64,000 bases of DNA, taken from positions 1 through 64,000 of the IMG/VR virus record IMGVR_UViG_3300045988_135716; one strand, given 5' to 3'. The stretch comes from a virus. Positions 10,375 through 20,175 of this stretch are shown piece by piece. Position 1 is the first letter of the stretch, and each line of letters begins with the position of its first letter. Under the pieces are notes generated by a model. That model had not been told where the DNA came from and ran no database searches. It was given only the letters and a program-made list of their open reading frames with translations. Both the position numbers and the translations under genes were made by a program.

Positions 10375-12147
10375 TTAGAATGATATTGATGATGCACAGA
10401 TGGGGGCATCTTTATAGTTTTCATTTGCTCTATACATTTTCTTTTTATTGTTTGTTTCAAGTTCACAAACAAAACTTAGTCCATACATTAAACTTGTGGC
10501 TCTATCTCTTTTCTTACCAGAAACAATACGAGTATATGTCATATTATTTTTATCAGTAAAATCTTGTTTGATATTACTAAGTTCACTCTGCAAAATATCA
10601 TGTTCCATGTGTTGAAAGAATTCTTCGTGAGAAATTCCACCACTTTTATATAAACTATCTAATTCCGCAGATGGAATTAATAATTCTAAACTCATATCTT
10701 CAAAACATGATTTCATGTATGGATAATACAAATTTATAAATCCATTTAAACCATGCACATTCCTTATTAGTGGAAGAGCATTTTCCAATAATGTTATATC
10801 TTTTTCATCATCAGATACAATTGGTGGGTATTCAGTAATCTCACCTGTTTTTGGATCAACATATTCCCAAGGTTCATAGAACATACTTGGCAAACCTGCT
10901 CCTGCACCATTGGCATCTATCAATAGCTTTACAGTATTAGGGAATCTAATATGAATTAGTTCCCTTAGAAAATCTCTTTGAGCATTTAGTTTCATGCCAT
11001 TAACAGTTTTTGTATAAACTAATTCCTTTACATATGTACCATTTGGTCGTGGCTTTAATTTGATAACATGAGTACAAGAGTTATCAGAACCTTTTTCATC
11101 AGATACCGCAACGTCATGTGTAACAACATAAATGCAATTTGATTTCTTTGGTTGCTGCAATTCGCATCTTTCTAATACACGACATGGATTAGTTAATTCA
11201 TATGGATAATAACTTTCTCCACTAGAACCTACAAAAACACCCTCAAATTCATAAGCAAATTTATCTTTTGTCATCTGAGGTTTTTCAAGCTCTTTTTCAA
11301 TATCCTCTTTATCGAATAAACCTGCTTGTACACCTACTTGATAAGGAAAACAAATTGCCATATAATCTTTATTGCCTTTTATCATAGATTCATAATGATA
11401 CATAAATCTTTTATATAAAGGGCTTGTTTTAAGATAAGCAGAAGAGATAAATATTACTTTACCTTTTTCGCTCATTCCCCAACGAATTGCCATTTCACGT
11501 TTGGTTTTTGTCATAGGAATTAAAATTTCTTCAATAATATTATCCTTGACAAGTCTTGCTTCATCCACAAGAATCATATTAAAACGCCATGATCTTGCGC
11601 CATCTCCTCCACGATTTTGATCGAGAGTAATTGCACGAATTTCACTTCCTGATTTCAGTTCACAAACGCAATCATCTTGTCCTGTTTTAATAGGAAAGTT
11701 TATTTCTCTAGCAACAGCTTCTTTTTTCGATAATTCACCTTTGATTTTCTGAATAATTACGTTACGAGCCTGTTTTGAATTACCACTTGCAATACCAAGT
11801 TTAATATTTGTGTATAGAATAGAAACACATATATAATAAACCGCAACAATCCATGACTTACCTAAGCCTCTACATGCGATCAACATTTCACTCTGGTAAC
11901 GTGACATAGCGCGAAGTATTACACGCTGAAATGGGAACAGGTTTATACCCAATATATCCATTGCAAATTCATCAATATAATATCTATAATAAGAAATAAA
12001 TTTTGTCCATGCTTCATAATCAATGCTTTCTTCTCGAATAACAGTATTAGAATATGGATTATCTAAATTCTCTCTACCTGCATATTGTTCACGAGCCTTT
12101 TTCAATCGTTCCGATGGTGATTCAGTCATATATTTCATAATAATCAC
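10375..12147 (-). CDS. terminase large subunit
   Basis: Walker A CRGLGKSW, Walker B ILVDEA, 590 aa, followed by the portal gene. Confidence 0.85.
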   Translation of the reverse strand: MIIMKYMTESPSERLKKAREQYAGRENLDNPYSNTVIREESIDYEAWTKFISYYRYYIDEFAMDILGINLFPFQRVILRAMSRYQSEMLIACRGLGKSWIVAVYYICVSILYTNIKLGIASGNSKQARNVIIQKIKGELSKKEAVAREINFPIKTGQDDCVCELKSGSEIRAITLDQNRGGDGARSWRFNMILVDEARLVKDNIIEEILIPMTKTKREMAIRWGMSEKGKVIFISSAYLKTSPLYKRFMYHYESMIKGNKDYMAICFPYQVGVQAGLFDKEDIEKELEKPQMTKDKFAYEFEGVFVGSSGESYYPYELTNPCRVLERCELQQPKKSNCIYVVTHDVAVSDEKGSDNSCTHVIKLKPRPNGTYVKELVYTKTVNGMKLNAQRDFLRELIHIRFPNTVKLLIDANGAGAGLPSMFYEPWEYVDPKTGEITEYPPIVSDDEKDITLLENALPLIRNVHGLNGFINLYYPYMKSCFEDMSLELLIPSAELDSLYKSGGISHEEFFQHMEHDILQSELSNIKQDFTDKNNMTYTRIVSGKKRDRATSLMYGLSFVCELETNNKKKMYRANENYKDAPICASSISF

Positions 12148-13155
12148 CTATAACGATTTCTTTATTGTAGATAAATAATCGAGAAGTTTATCTATTTCAT
12201 CTTTTTCAATGGGTTTATGCTCTGGAATCCAGTTATGATTTTCAACCATTTCGGTAATCTTAGAAAAGCTACTGATACCAACATCGTTTACACTTCTGGT
12301 ACTTTCACTAAATTTTGCTGATTTAGAAAGAGTATCAAATGCTTTTGTGGCATTATCATATTTTTTATCTGCACCTTCAACGCCATTCATCATGTCGTCA
12401 AAAGTTCTATCCATTTGTAAACTTGCTTTTGCAATTTTACGAGCATAATCTCTATGATTCTCAGTGATGATTTTATAATCACGTTCCAATCCTGCATAAT
12501 ACGAATTAAGATAATCAATATCTGATTCTGTATAATTACCTTTCCATTCATCACTCCAAATTAAAGGCTCTTTTGGTTTTTTAGCTTTAGGAGAACTAAG
12601 AACATCACAGTGCGCATTATCCTCATTTATTCCAGAATCGGTTGAATCGTCAAAGTATAAATTATTTTCCATAGAAAATAGTGAGGAATATTTATTTACA
12701 ATTGCACTTTTCTCACCAATTGTACGATTATTACTTTGGTGCATATGACCTTCTGATTCTGCATCTGACCAATTTCGTTGACGATCTTGGCGCATTGCTA
12801 TAAGAGTAAAATATTTTTGTAATATTTCTTTTCCATGATATTTTAATTCATTTTCGTCTATATAACTGTTTTCTTTAAGCAAAGATTCTTCGCTGCTAGC
12901 AATCAAATCATAGTATAGGGGTTTGTCAATCTGCATTAAAAGACTTTTTAATTTTATATAATTGATTGTGCCATCACTATTTAAAGCTGAATTTTTACAA
13001 CATTCTTTGCAAATAGGAACTCTATTATCCAAAGAATACATAGGACTATATGACAAATAAAAGTCTGTCATGTTCTTTGGATGATGGCAACAAGTGCAGA
13101 CCTTCTTTCCTTTTTGTTGATTTGCTGGCGTTGTACCAGTTTTCTTAGTAGGCAT
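12148..13155 (-). CDS. Zn-ribbon protein in the small-terminase position
   Basis: N-terminal CTCC...CKECC cysteine pairs; directly upstream of and abutting the large terminase. Confidence 0.3.
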   Translation of the reverse strand: MPTKKTGTTPANQQKGKKVCTCCHHPKNMTDFYLSYSPMYSLDNRVPICKECCKNSALNSDGTINYIKLKSLLMQIDKPLYYDLIASSEESLLKENSYIDENELKYHGKEILQKYFTLIAMRQDRQRNWSDAESEGHMHQSNNRTIGEKSAIVNKYSSLFSMENNLYFDDSTDSGINEDNAHCDVLSSPKAKKPKEPLIWSDEWKGNYTESDIDYLNSYYAGLERDYKIITENHRDYARKIAKASLQMDRTFDDMMNGVEGADKKYDNATKAFDTLSKSAKFSESTRSVNDVGISSFSKITEMVENHNWIPEHKPIEKDEIDKLLDYLSTIKKSL

Positions 13156-13168
13156 AACGCCACCTCCT

Positions 13169-14221
13169 TTATTTTTGATTATTTACTTTTAAATATTCAA
13201 TATATTCATAATTAATAGACTTTGACAAATTGTTATTTTCAAAGAAATCATCATAATATCCGTCAATAATTCTTTCGGAAAATTTTATAAAATCATCTAA
13301 AGTAGAATCATAATATGTAAATTCTTTATGAAATAAAGTATGCAATTCTTCACACATACACGCACCATAAAATGTTTGCATATGTACTTCAATAACCTTA
13401 TTTTTTAAATCATTGTATTCATCAGAAGAGTATTGAGAAATGTTTTCTCGTCTATTTAATTTCAATTCATGTAAAGATTGTTCAACTAATGAATTGAATG
13501 ATATAATATGATGAATATTTTTGAATCTTCCACCAGTAAAAATACATTTATAATCACAAAATTCGGCAGAAGATTTCTTCCAATTAATAATATCTCTTCT
13601 TAATTGTTCAATAAGTTCACTAGATCCACCTTTCCAACGTCCATTCTTTTCCCCATATAACGGATTTTTAGAAAGAGGTGCTAAATCTCCTTTTCCTAAT
13701 CCTCGTTTGATAGCATTTTTACTTGCAATTTTTCTTTGTTCTAAACTTTCATATCGTTTCTTTTGAGCGTCGCTTATATGCCTTTTATGTTCTTCTGAGA
13801 ATATCTTACCTTTTTGTTTTTCACTATTTTTAATTGCTCCATTTTTAGAAGCTCTATCAATTGTTTCCTGTGTCTTATGATTAAACTTATATTTATGAGC
13901 AATTGCTTCTAATGATCTCAAAGTCCTGTCTGGAAAGAAATTCTTAATAATTTCTTCATTTGTATAATCTTTATAAACAGATTTCAATTTTTCTAAATCT
14001 TCATTAGACCATTTTGTATTTGTCCTATGATTCAATTCTAAAAATCTACCATATTTAGGATTACATTCTCTACAAACACTTCTTAATCCATCTTTACAAG
14101 ATTTATCCGTTGGAAAGTGTAAACTATTATTTGGTAAATCTCTTTTACATTTTTTACAGGTTCTAAACCCATCGTAAAATATATCCATTCCAATTTCTCG
14201 CTTTCCACTCGCAAGCATCAT
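13169..14221 (-). CDS. HNH-type homing endonuclease-like protein
   Basis: N-terminal CxxC...CxxC ribbon, NIHHIISFN and LHTLFHKEF His motifs. Free-standing between packaging genes and small ORFs. Confidence 0.5.
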   Translation of the reverse strand: MMLASGKREIGMDIFYDGFRTCKKCKRDLPNNSLHFPTDKSCKDGLRSVCRECNPKYGRFLELNHRTNTKWSNEDLEKLKSVYKDYTNEEIIKNFFPDRTLRSLEAIAHKYKFNHKTQETIDRASKNGAIKNSEKQKGKIFSEEHKRHISDAQKKRYESLEQRKIASKNAIKRGLGKGDLAPLSKNPLYGEKNGRWKGGSSELIEQLRRDIINWKKSSAEFCDYKCIFTGGRFKNIHHIISFNSLVEQSLHELKLNRRENISQYSSDEYNDLKNKVIEVHMQTFYGACMCEELHTLFHKEFTYYDSTLDDFIKFSERIIDGYYDDFFENNNLSKSINYEYIEYLKVNNQK

Positions 14222-14393
14222 TAAAAATAGAGTGAGAGAGTAGTGCGAGTATCTACTATACCAAGGTTCATGACTTCCTTAGTTTCTCACTCTATTAAGA
14301 TTCAACTACGCCCCACCGACAGGGCAACAAACGCCAACCGCTTATAGTCAATATATATTTCTCCATTTTCCATTATCATATCCATATGATATC

Positions 14394-14456
14394 TAGTGAG
14401 TGTAATAACCTCACTTTACAGGTATGGAATTACCTGAATATAAATTAAATTTATAT
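14394..14456 (-). repeat. triple-hairpin element, copy 1
   Basis: Three hairpins: agtgag-N9-ctcact, caggta-tggaat-tacctg and the atataaatt/aatttatat palindrome. Near-identical copy at 15114-15177. Confidence 0.8.
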
Positions 14457-14503
14457 TTTTTTACATAATAAAAGAGCCACCCACATCATCGTGAATGACT
14501 CTT

Positions 14504-14755
14504 TTACAACATTGAATAAATCCATGCTTTCTTATTTAATTCAGCAACATCACCAATAATTTTTGCGATTAAATAACTATTTGAAACTGAGAATATATCT
14601 CCATCAGTCATCAAACTTGCGGTAGGAAAATCTACATATAATGTTACATCTTCATCTGTAATAATATTTCCGTTTTCATCTAGTTTAATATTTGCCCCGT
14701 TTCCATCAGGACATGAGAGAAGTCTACTTGCAATAATGTAAGATAATACGTCCAT
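14504..14755 (-). CDS. hypothetical protein (gene B)
   Basis: ATG at 14755 overlaps the stop of the upstream ORF (TAATG). No motif recognised. Confidence 0.55.
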   Translation of the reverse strand: MDVLSYIIASRLLSCPDGNGANIKLDENGNIITDEDVTLYVDFPTASLMTDGDIFSVSNSYLIAKIIGDVAELNKKAWIYSML

Positions 14756-15003
14756 TATTCTGTGCCTGTATCTTTCCAACCAAATGAAAACAGCATATAG
14801 ATTTTCACTGTGCCTGATTCATTTCCTACAATAGCTTGACTTCCCATTGGGGCAGGAGATTCAAGACCAGGAATATTTGTAAAATCGCCTGTTGCGCCAT
14901 GTTCCATAGTAGGAAGTTTTGCAATTTCTTCAATAGTATCTACGCAAAATGTTTTAATTGCTGAGTTTGGATCGTTACCAACTTTTAATAAATTAGTTGC
15001 CAT
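14755..15003 (-). CDS. hypothetical protein (gene A)
   Basis: ATG at 15003 is preceded by GGAGG, giving MATNLLKVGND... Confidence 0.55.
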   Translation of the reverse strand: MATNLLKVGNDPNSAIKTFCVDTIEEIAKLPTMEHGATGDFTNIPGLESPAPMGSQAIVGNESGTVKIYMLFSFGWKDTGTE

Positions 15004-15113
15004 GTAATACCTCCATTTTTTTCGTATACAAAAAGAAGCCACCAATAAGGCGACTTCTCATAAATTTCAATATTAAGTTTCTATTTCCATTATCGTATTT
15101 CATTCTACAATAT

Positions 15114-15177
15114 TTAGTGAGTGTAATTACCTCACTATACAGGTATGGAATTACCTGAATATAAATTAAATTTATAT
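15114..15177 (-). repeat. triple-hairpin element, copy 2
   Basis: Same three hairpins as 14394-14456, with 2-3 substitutions. Confidence 0.8.
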
Positions 15178-15181
15178 TATT

Positions 15182-15234
15182 TCAGCATAACATCGAATAA
15201 ATCCATGCTTTCTTATTTGATTCAGCAATATTAT
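15182..15234 (-). pseudogene. remnant of the 3' end of a gene-B paralogue
   Basis: Reads AESNKKAWIYSMLC-stop, against AELNKKAWIYSML-stop at the real gene-B end (14504-14545). Abuts the DUF262 stop codon. Confidence 0.7.
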
Positions 15235-15237
15235 ATG

Positions 15238-16230
15238 CTATAATCCTTTGCAAAGATTCTTCCAATAGTCAAATCTTCCTTGGACAGACTGAGCAGAAGA
15301 TGTACCGCTAGTACAATACTGAACATAGTCCATATTATCACCATAGCTACTTACAAATGCCTGTACAATATTTACAAATTCGTCAAAGTCCTTTTCATTC
15401 TTCACACATGTATATGCGGCATATAACATCATCGGAAGAGAAGTAGACTTGAGATTCAGTTTTTCTTCAAATTTTTCATCCAAGAATGCCAGAGCAGATT
15501 TCAATAAAATAATATCTTTCTCACCAACATGTTCATTATACCATTCTACAAATGCATCAATATCTTTTGCTCTAAATGATGTAAAATCATTATCATCTGT
15601 AGTATTAATCAGCATAAGTGTCTGTCGCACAATATCATTCGCAACATCTTTTTTCAACTGTGTTGGTGATAATACTTTTGCAAAGAATGGATGATTTGCA
15701 ACATCAAAGATAATTGCACTAACCTCATCACTCTCTAATGATTTTCTTTTCTGAGTATTGGATAATGGTTTACCAGCGTTTTGTCTGCGGAACATCTCAC
15801 GAATATCTTCATCTGTACAATCAGAAAAGATATACTGTATCATTTCATAATCGTTGATTTTATCCTGGACAACTTCATCCAACTGTGAGAATTTCTTACC
15901 TGCAATGTTATATACAGTGCCTTCAATTGATACTGGTTTCAGCTTTTGACTTAATTTGAATCCATCAGTTAAAAAATCTCTGATAGTTGTACTACGCTGA
16001 ACACCGTCAAATACATATCTGATTTTATCTTCTTTCTCTTCTGAACGAATCGGATCAACAGGATAGTTGCGAAGCATTGAGTCGATTAATAAGCTCTGCT
16101 CATAATTTTTCCATTGCCCTTCTTTTCGCTGTAATTTATGAAACATATTGTATTTTCCATTTTTCATATCTCGTGCAAATGATTTGACAGTTTGTGTCTT
16201 TCTGTTGAACTCCATATACAACACCTCCAA
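15238..16230 (-). CDS. DUF262 (ParB/Srx-fold, GmrSD N-terminal-like) protein, stand-alone
   Basis: LQRKEGQW...LIDSMLRNYPVDPI...FDGVQRSTT motif series typical of DUF262. I saw no DUF1524/His-Me nuclease motif. Confidence 0.75.
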   Translation of the reverse strand: MEVLYMEFNRKTQTVKSFARDMKNGKYNMFHKLQRKEGQWKNYEQSLLIDSMLRNYPVDPIRSEEKEDKIRYVFDGVQRSTTIRDFLTDGFKLSQKLKPVSIEGTVYNIAGKKFSQLDEVVQDKINDYEMIQYIFSDCTDEDIREMFRRQNAGKPLSNTQKRKSLESDEVSAIIFDVANHPFFAKVLSPTQLKKDVANDIVRQTLMLINTTDDNDFTSFRAKDIDAFVEWYNEHVGEKDIILLKSALAFLDEKFEEKLNLKSTSLPMMLYAAYTCVKNEKDFDEFVNIVQAFVSSYGDNMDYVQYCTSGTSSAQSVQGRFDYWKNLCKGL

Positions 16231-16491
16231 TTTTTGATATTTTTACATTATCACAATTGGAAAATATTGTAAAGGCTTACTTTAAGATAGGGCAGTAGTG
16301 AACTGCCCTTTCAGGAGAAGAGATCATATGAAAAAGTTATGTCTCTTTGAAGAGTAAATATGAAGCAAGAAAAATATATAGAAAGATAGGTATTTGCCCG
16401 AAGCGGTTTGACAGTCCGATGTCGTGCGCTTGTTTCCATATAAGGTGTGTTTGATCTACACTACGGGCTTTGATGTGGGGGTTATTTTACA

Positions 16492-17532
16492 TCAATCAGT
16501 AAATGCTTCATCAGATTCATCATTTTCATCGTTGCGAATAATATAATGGTCTAAGGTCGTAGTAACTTGATTATGTCCTAGTAATTTCTGAGCTACCTCT
16601 GGTGCTTTATGTTGAAACACGACAAGGTTTGTAGCTCTTGACTCTCTGAACAGGTGGGGATGCACCCTACGTCCAACAATTTGTGTAAACAATCCTTGAC
16701 ACCAATTATTAAAAGTACTTTCGCTCACTTGTCTAACTTCTTTTCCATCTTTAGATTTAATTACAAACATATAAGGACAGTCATCTTCGCCACGTACTTC
16801 AATCCATTTTTTCAACCATTGCATTGCATCATCACCGAATTTAAGTTTACGTGGTTTACCTACAAGAGATGCACCTTTGCAACGAATAGTGTGAGTCAAA
16901 TACTGTTTTGAAATAGTTTCATATTCATGTCCATCTTCATCCAGAACTTTGATTTTCTTTTCATTTGCAGAATAATCAATGACTTCCTTGAGTAATTGTC
17001 TAGCTTCTGCGCGTCTACATCCTGTACTATAAGAAAATGTAAGATATGCTAACATTTGCCATTCTTCTCGTTTCTCAAGTTCTTGGCATAAATTAATGTA
17101 CTCATCTGGTGTAAGAGGAACTTTTTCGTGAACATATCCAGTTTGTACTACTTTAAGCCCAATTGTAAAGTTACGAAATGTAGGATATTCTTCTTCATAC
17201 ATCATCATTACATAATTACAAAATGTACTTACAGCAGATTTTTTGAATTTAATGCCAGAATCAGAAAAGCCTCGTTTGGTTAGCCAATTAAGATATTTTT
17301 GAAATTCCTTCTTTTTAATATCTGTAAAATTCTTATCCTTGAGATTATCCCTAACCCAAGTAAAGAAAATCCTTAATCCCGATTTATATGCTGGCAAAGT
17401 TTTTACAGAAAGGTCAGCTTGATTATCAAGGTAATCCTCAACCATTTCTCTATTAAATTCATTTACTGTTTGCCATTCTTCATCTGTTATTTCAACAGAT
17501 CTATCTGCAATTTTACCATCCAATAATCTCAC
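16492..17532 (-). CDS. tyrosine recombinase/integrase
   Basis: GCRRAE (Arg), HPHLFRESRAT (H-x-x-R) and LLGHNQVTTTLDHY (His...Tyr) catalytic pattern. Confidence 0.85.
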   Translation of the reverse strand: MRLLDGKIADRSVEITDEEWQTVNEFNREMVEDYLDNQADLSVKTLPAYKSGLRIFFTWVRDNLKDKNFTDIKKKEFQKYLNWLTKRGFSDSGIKFKKSAVSTFCNYVMMMYEEEYPTFRNFTIGLKVVQTGYVHEKVPLTPDEYINLCQELEKREEWQMLAYLTFSYSTGCRRAEARQLLKEVIDYSANEKKIKVLDEDGHEYETISKQYLTHTIRCKGASLVGKPRKLKFGDDAMQWLKKWIEVRGEDDCPYMFVIKSKDGKEVRQVSESTFNNWCQGLFTQIVGRRVHPHLFRESRATNLVVFQHKAPEVAQKLLGHNQVTTTLDHYIIRNDENDESDEAFTD

Positions 17533-17575
17533 TTCCTTTCATAATTTTTTGTATAATAAAAGAAGTCACTATTTA

Positions 17576-19228
17576 TTAAGCAACTTCTTTCTTTTTAGGT
17601 CTTGTATCTCTGAGAAATGGCTTCGAATAATCTAATTCACCAACTTCTCTGATTTTAACCCAATCTATATTGTTTTGATTAAAATTCTCAATTTCTTTTT
17701 TTAACTCAAGAGAACTATCATTTAATATTTGTTTAAAATTACTTTTTGTTAAATCACATGGAAAGAGTATAAAATAAATTAGATTATGCGATTTTAACAT
17801 TTCTTCTTTTGTTTGTAATTTTAAACGATAATTTTCTTTTGATTTTTTATTTATTGATTTATTGTCATAAAACCATGTTTTATATTCTGCTAATATTCCT
17901 GCAATTTCAATATAAATGGTTTTATTATTGATTTCTATAACATAGTCACAATTCATATTGCCAGTATATTCTGAAATAAATGTTGAATATTTAACATCTC
18001 TTTTGTAATCTTTATTATATACAAGACCGTTGTCTCGTAAATATTTAGAAAACATATACTCAAACTGACTTGTTATATGTTCCCCATCATCAAAGTCAAA
18101 TGTAATACCAACACCTTGTTTTCCAAGAGTAATATCATATCTTAATAATAGATCTTGTAACTTTACTCCATAGAATTTTTTGCATGATTTATGCAATGAA
18201 GTAATATTTACCCATTCGGGACGTTCATTTATTTCTCTAGTGGTAATAAAATTTCGATTTTCAGATTTCACAAAATTACATATATCTAAAATCATATTGT
18301 CTAATTCTTCTTTTGAAGATATTTGACGATCAATCATAGATTCAATGTTAATTTCTAATCCTAGACCTTTCTTCATTTTATTTAAACTACCCCAATATTT
18401 ATTAATTTGCCCTACAGTTACTTTTCCATATCCACTACCTCTAAAGTCATCATACATAAGTGGTCTGTCATAACATTTTGACATATTTAAAATAATATCC
18501 TTACATTCTTCTTTTGTCATAATTCGAGTATATAATCCCATCCATCTTTTCAAGTCATCATTACTTTTGACAGTTTTATCAGGGCAGTGATTAATGAACC
18601 AACGAATATTTGGTAAGCCTGTATTTTTATATTCTTGTGTTCTTGATAATGAATATAAATCTATACTATCGTGATTAATTATATATTTTTTGAATTTTTC
18701 AATATATTGCTCATAATATTTTTCATTTGCGATAGATTTCGTACAATCAATTTTAGATAATTCATCTTGCAAAGTCGTATTATTTTGCTTACAAAGACTT
18801 ATTATTTTACTATAAGAACAATTAAAACCATTTTCAGTTGTGTATTCGTTATATTTAGGGAATCTATCATTATTAGAATAAAAAGATTTAATAGAATTAA
18901 TTACTGATTCAAAAGATATACCATTTTTAAAATCTTTATGTTTTGTATCATGGTCACATATATACAATCCATGATTACGTTGTATATTTTGATTATATTT
19001 ATGATATTGAAGTTTTCTCTTTTTATGGCAACAATCACATTCTACATCTATATATTGATTTGATGAAGGAAGCAAATCAGAAATTTTAATCTTAATTGTT
19101 GTTCCTCTAGGAACTCGTAATCTTCCATCTTTATCTTTGCTTCGTGGTATTTTGTAACCTAAAGATTCATAATAAGAAGTTGTAGAATTATCTAATCTAA
19201 CTTCTGTGTATTCATTTACAATTGCCAT
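17576..19228 (-). CDS. large protein with Zn-ribbon and C-terminal Vsr/DUF559-like PD-(D/E)xK signature
   Basis: CDCC...CDH cysteines, and NCDYVIEINNKTIYIEIAG resembling the D...IE-x-x-G nuclease core. Nuclease call is tentative. Confidence 0.35.
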   Translation of the reverse strand: MAIVNEYTEVRLDNSTTSYYESLGYKIPRSKDKDGRLRVPRGTTIKIKISDLLPSSNQYIDVECDCCHKKRKLQYHKYNQNIQRNHGLYICDHDTKHKDFKNGISFESVINSIKSFYSNNDRFPKYNEYTTENGFNCSYSKIISLCKQNNTTLQDELSKIDCTKSIANEKYYEQYIEKFKKYIINHDSIDLYSLSRTQEYKNTGLPNIRWFINHCPDKTVKSNDDLKRWMGLYTRIMTKEECKDIILNMSKCYDRPLMYDDFRGSGYGKVTVGQINKYWGSLNKMKKGLGLEINIESMIDRQISSKEELDNMILDICNFVKSENRNFITTREINERPEWVNITSLHKSCKKFYGVKLQDLLLRYDITLGKQGVGITFDFDDGEHITSQFEYMFSKYLRDNGLVYNKDYKRDVKYSTFISEYTGNMNCDYVIEINNKTIYIEIAGILAEYKTWFYDNKSINKKSKENYRLKLQTKEEMLKSHNLIYFILFPCDLTKSNFKQILNDSSLELKKEIENFNQNNIDWVKIREVGELDYSKPFLRDTRPKKKEVA

Positions 19229-19479
19229 TTTTAATTTCCTCCTTCTAAAGTATTTTTTGATACAATAAAAGGACTTAATGCTGTCTCACGACATGAGCCT
19301 TTATAGAAAAACAGTAGAAGAGAAGTGCATAGGTGAAATACCTCTCAAACACCAGGTAGCTACTCCCGATGTTTCCACTGTTTTCAAAATCCCAACATCA
19401 GCTATGACACTAACATTGAGCAATTTGGGTTTGTCACCCAATCATTAATTCTCCATTGAACAAAACAATCCAATGAATA

Positions 19480-19516
19480 TAAAAAGAGTGCGTAAGCTAT
19501 GACACCCACGCACTCT
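19480..19516 (-). terminator. intrinsic terminator
   Basis: 9-bp stem agagtgcgt/acgcactct followed by T5 on the minus strand. Confidence 0.7.
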
Positions 19517-19548
19517 AAAAGGAGATCTATGTCCATTATAAAGATAGA

Positions 19549-20175
19549 TTACACTTTGAAAATACGACAAAGCATATGTAAAGTTTCAATATCTTCTTTA
19601 GGAAGAGTCACCTTTACATATTCTTCATCATCCATATCACAATCTACGCAATCATGATGACAACAACAATCGTAACAATTGCCTAATTCTAAGTCATCTG
19701 CGAAATCGTCATATTCATCGTCAATATCTTCTTTCAACTCGACAAAGTAAGTTTTAGCAGTTTCTACTTGTGGTAAAAGTTGCTTACTACATTCATCCAG
19801 AATATAAGTTGCATCTGCTTCATTAAGAAGATAACCGTCTTTTCGTTTAGCAGGCTCAACCCAGATTTCTGGTGTATCATGATTACTGATTCTTGCGCAT
19901 AACGTAATTATAAATTCATCTTCATATCCATCAATCTCAGGGTCATGAAAATTTATATTAGCAAGCTCATAATCATAGTCAGTAAGAAGATTAATGATTT
20001 TTCTTGCATTATCATATTTTGCAAAGATTGAAATATCTACAGATTCATCTGACTTAGATGCATAATATCGTCTATTAAATTCAGAATCCATAGCTTCACA
20101 AAATTCATAAATATCTTCAAAACAAATAGTTGGAATTTTATTCATATAATCAGCCCTCTTATTATGCATTAACAA
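19549..20175 (-). CDS. acidic Cys-rich hypothetical protein
   Basis: Co-directional ORF; CYDCCCHHDCVDC cluster. Confidence 0.5.
   Translation of the reverse strand: MLMHNKRADYMNKIPTICFEDIYEFCEAMDSEFNRRYYASKSDESVDISIFAKYDNARKIINLLTDYDYELANINFHDPEIDGYEDEFIITLCARISNHDTPEIWVEPAKRKDGYLLNEADATYILDECSKQLLPQVETAKTYFVELKEDIDDEYDDFADDLELGNCYDCCCHHDCVDCDMDDEEYVKVTLPKEDIETLHMLCRIFKV

Noticed and set aside
13169-15045. Group I intron carrying the HNH ORF and splitting a host gene.
   Set aside because: The flanking ORFs (12148..13155 and 14504..14755) do not read as two halves of one protein, and I could not recognise P3-P7-type pairings by eye. A free-standing homing endonuclease is more parsimonious.
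16231-16491. attP core next to the first recombinase.
   Set aside because: No identity to a tRNA 3' end and no convincing arm-type repeats were visible. This cannot be assigned without the host sequence.
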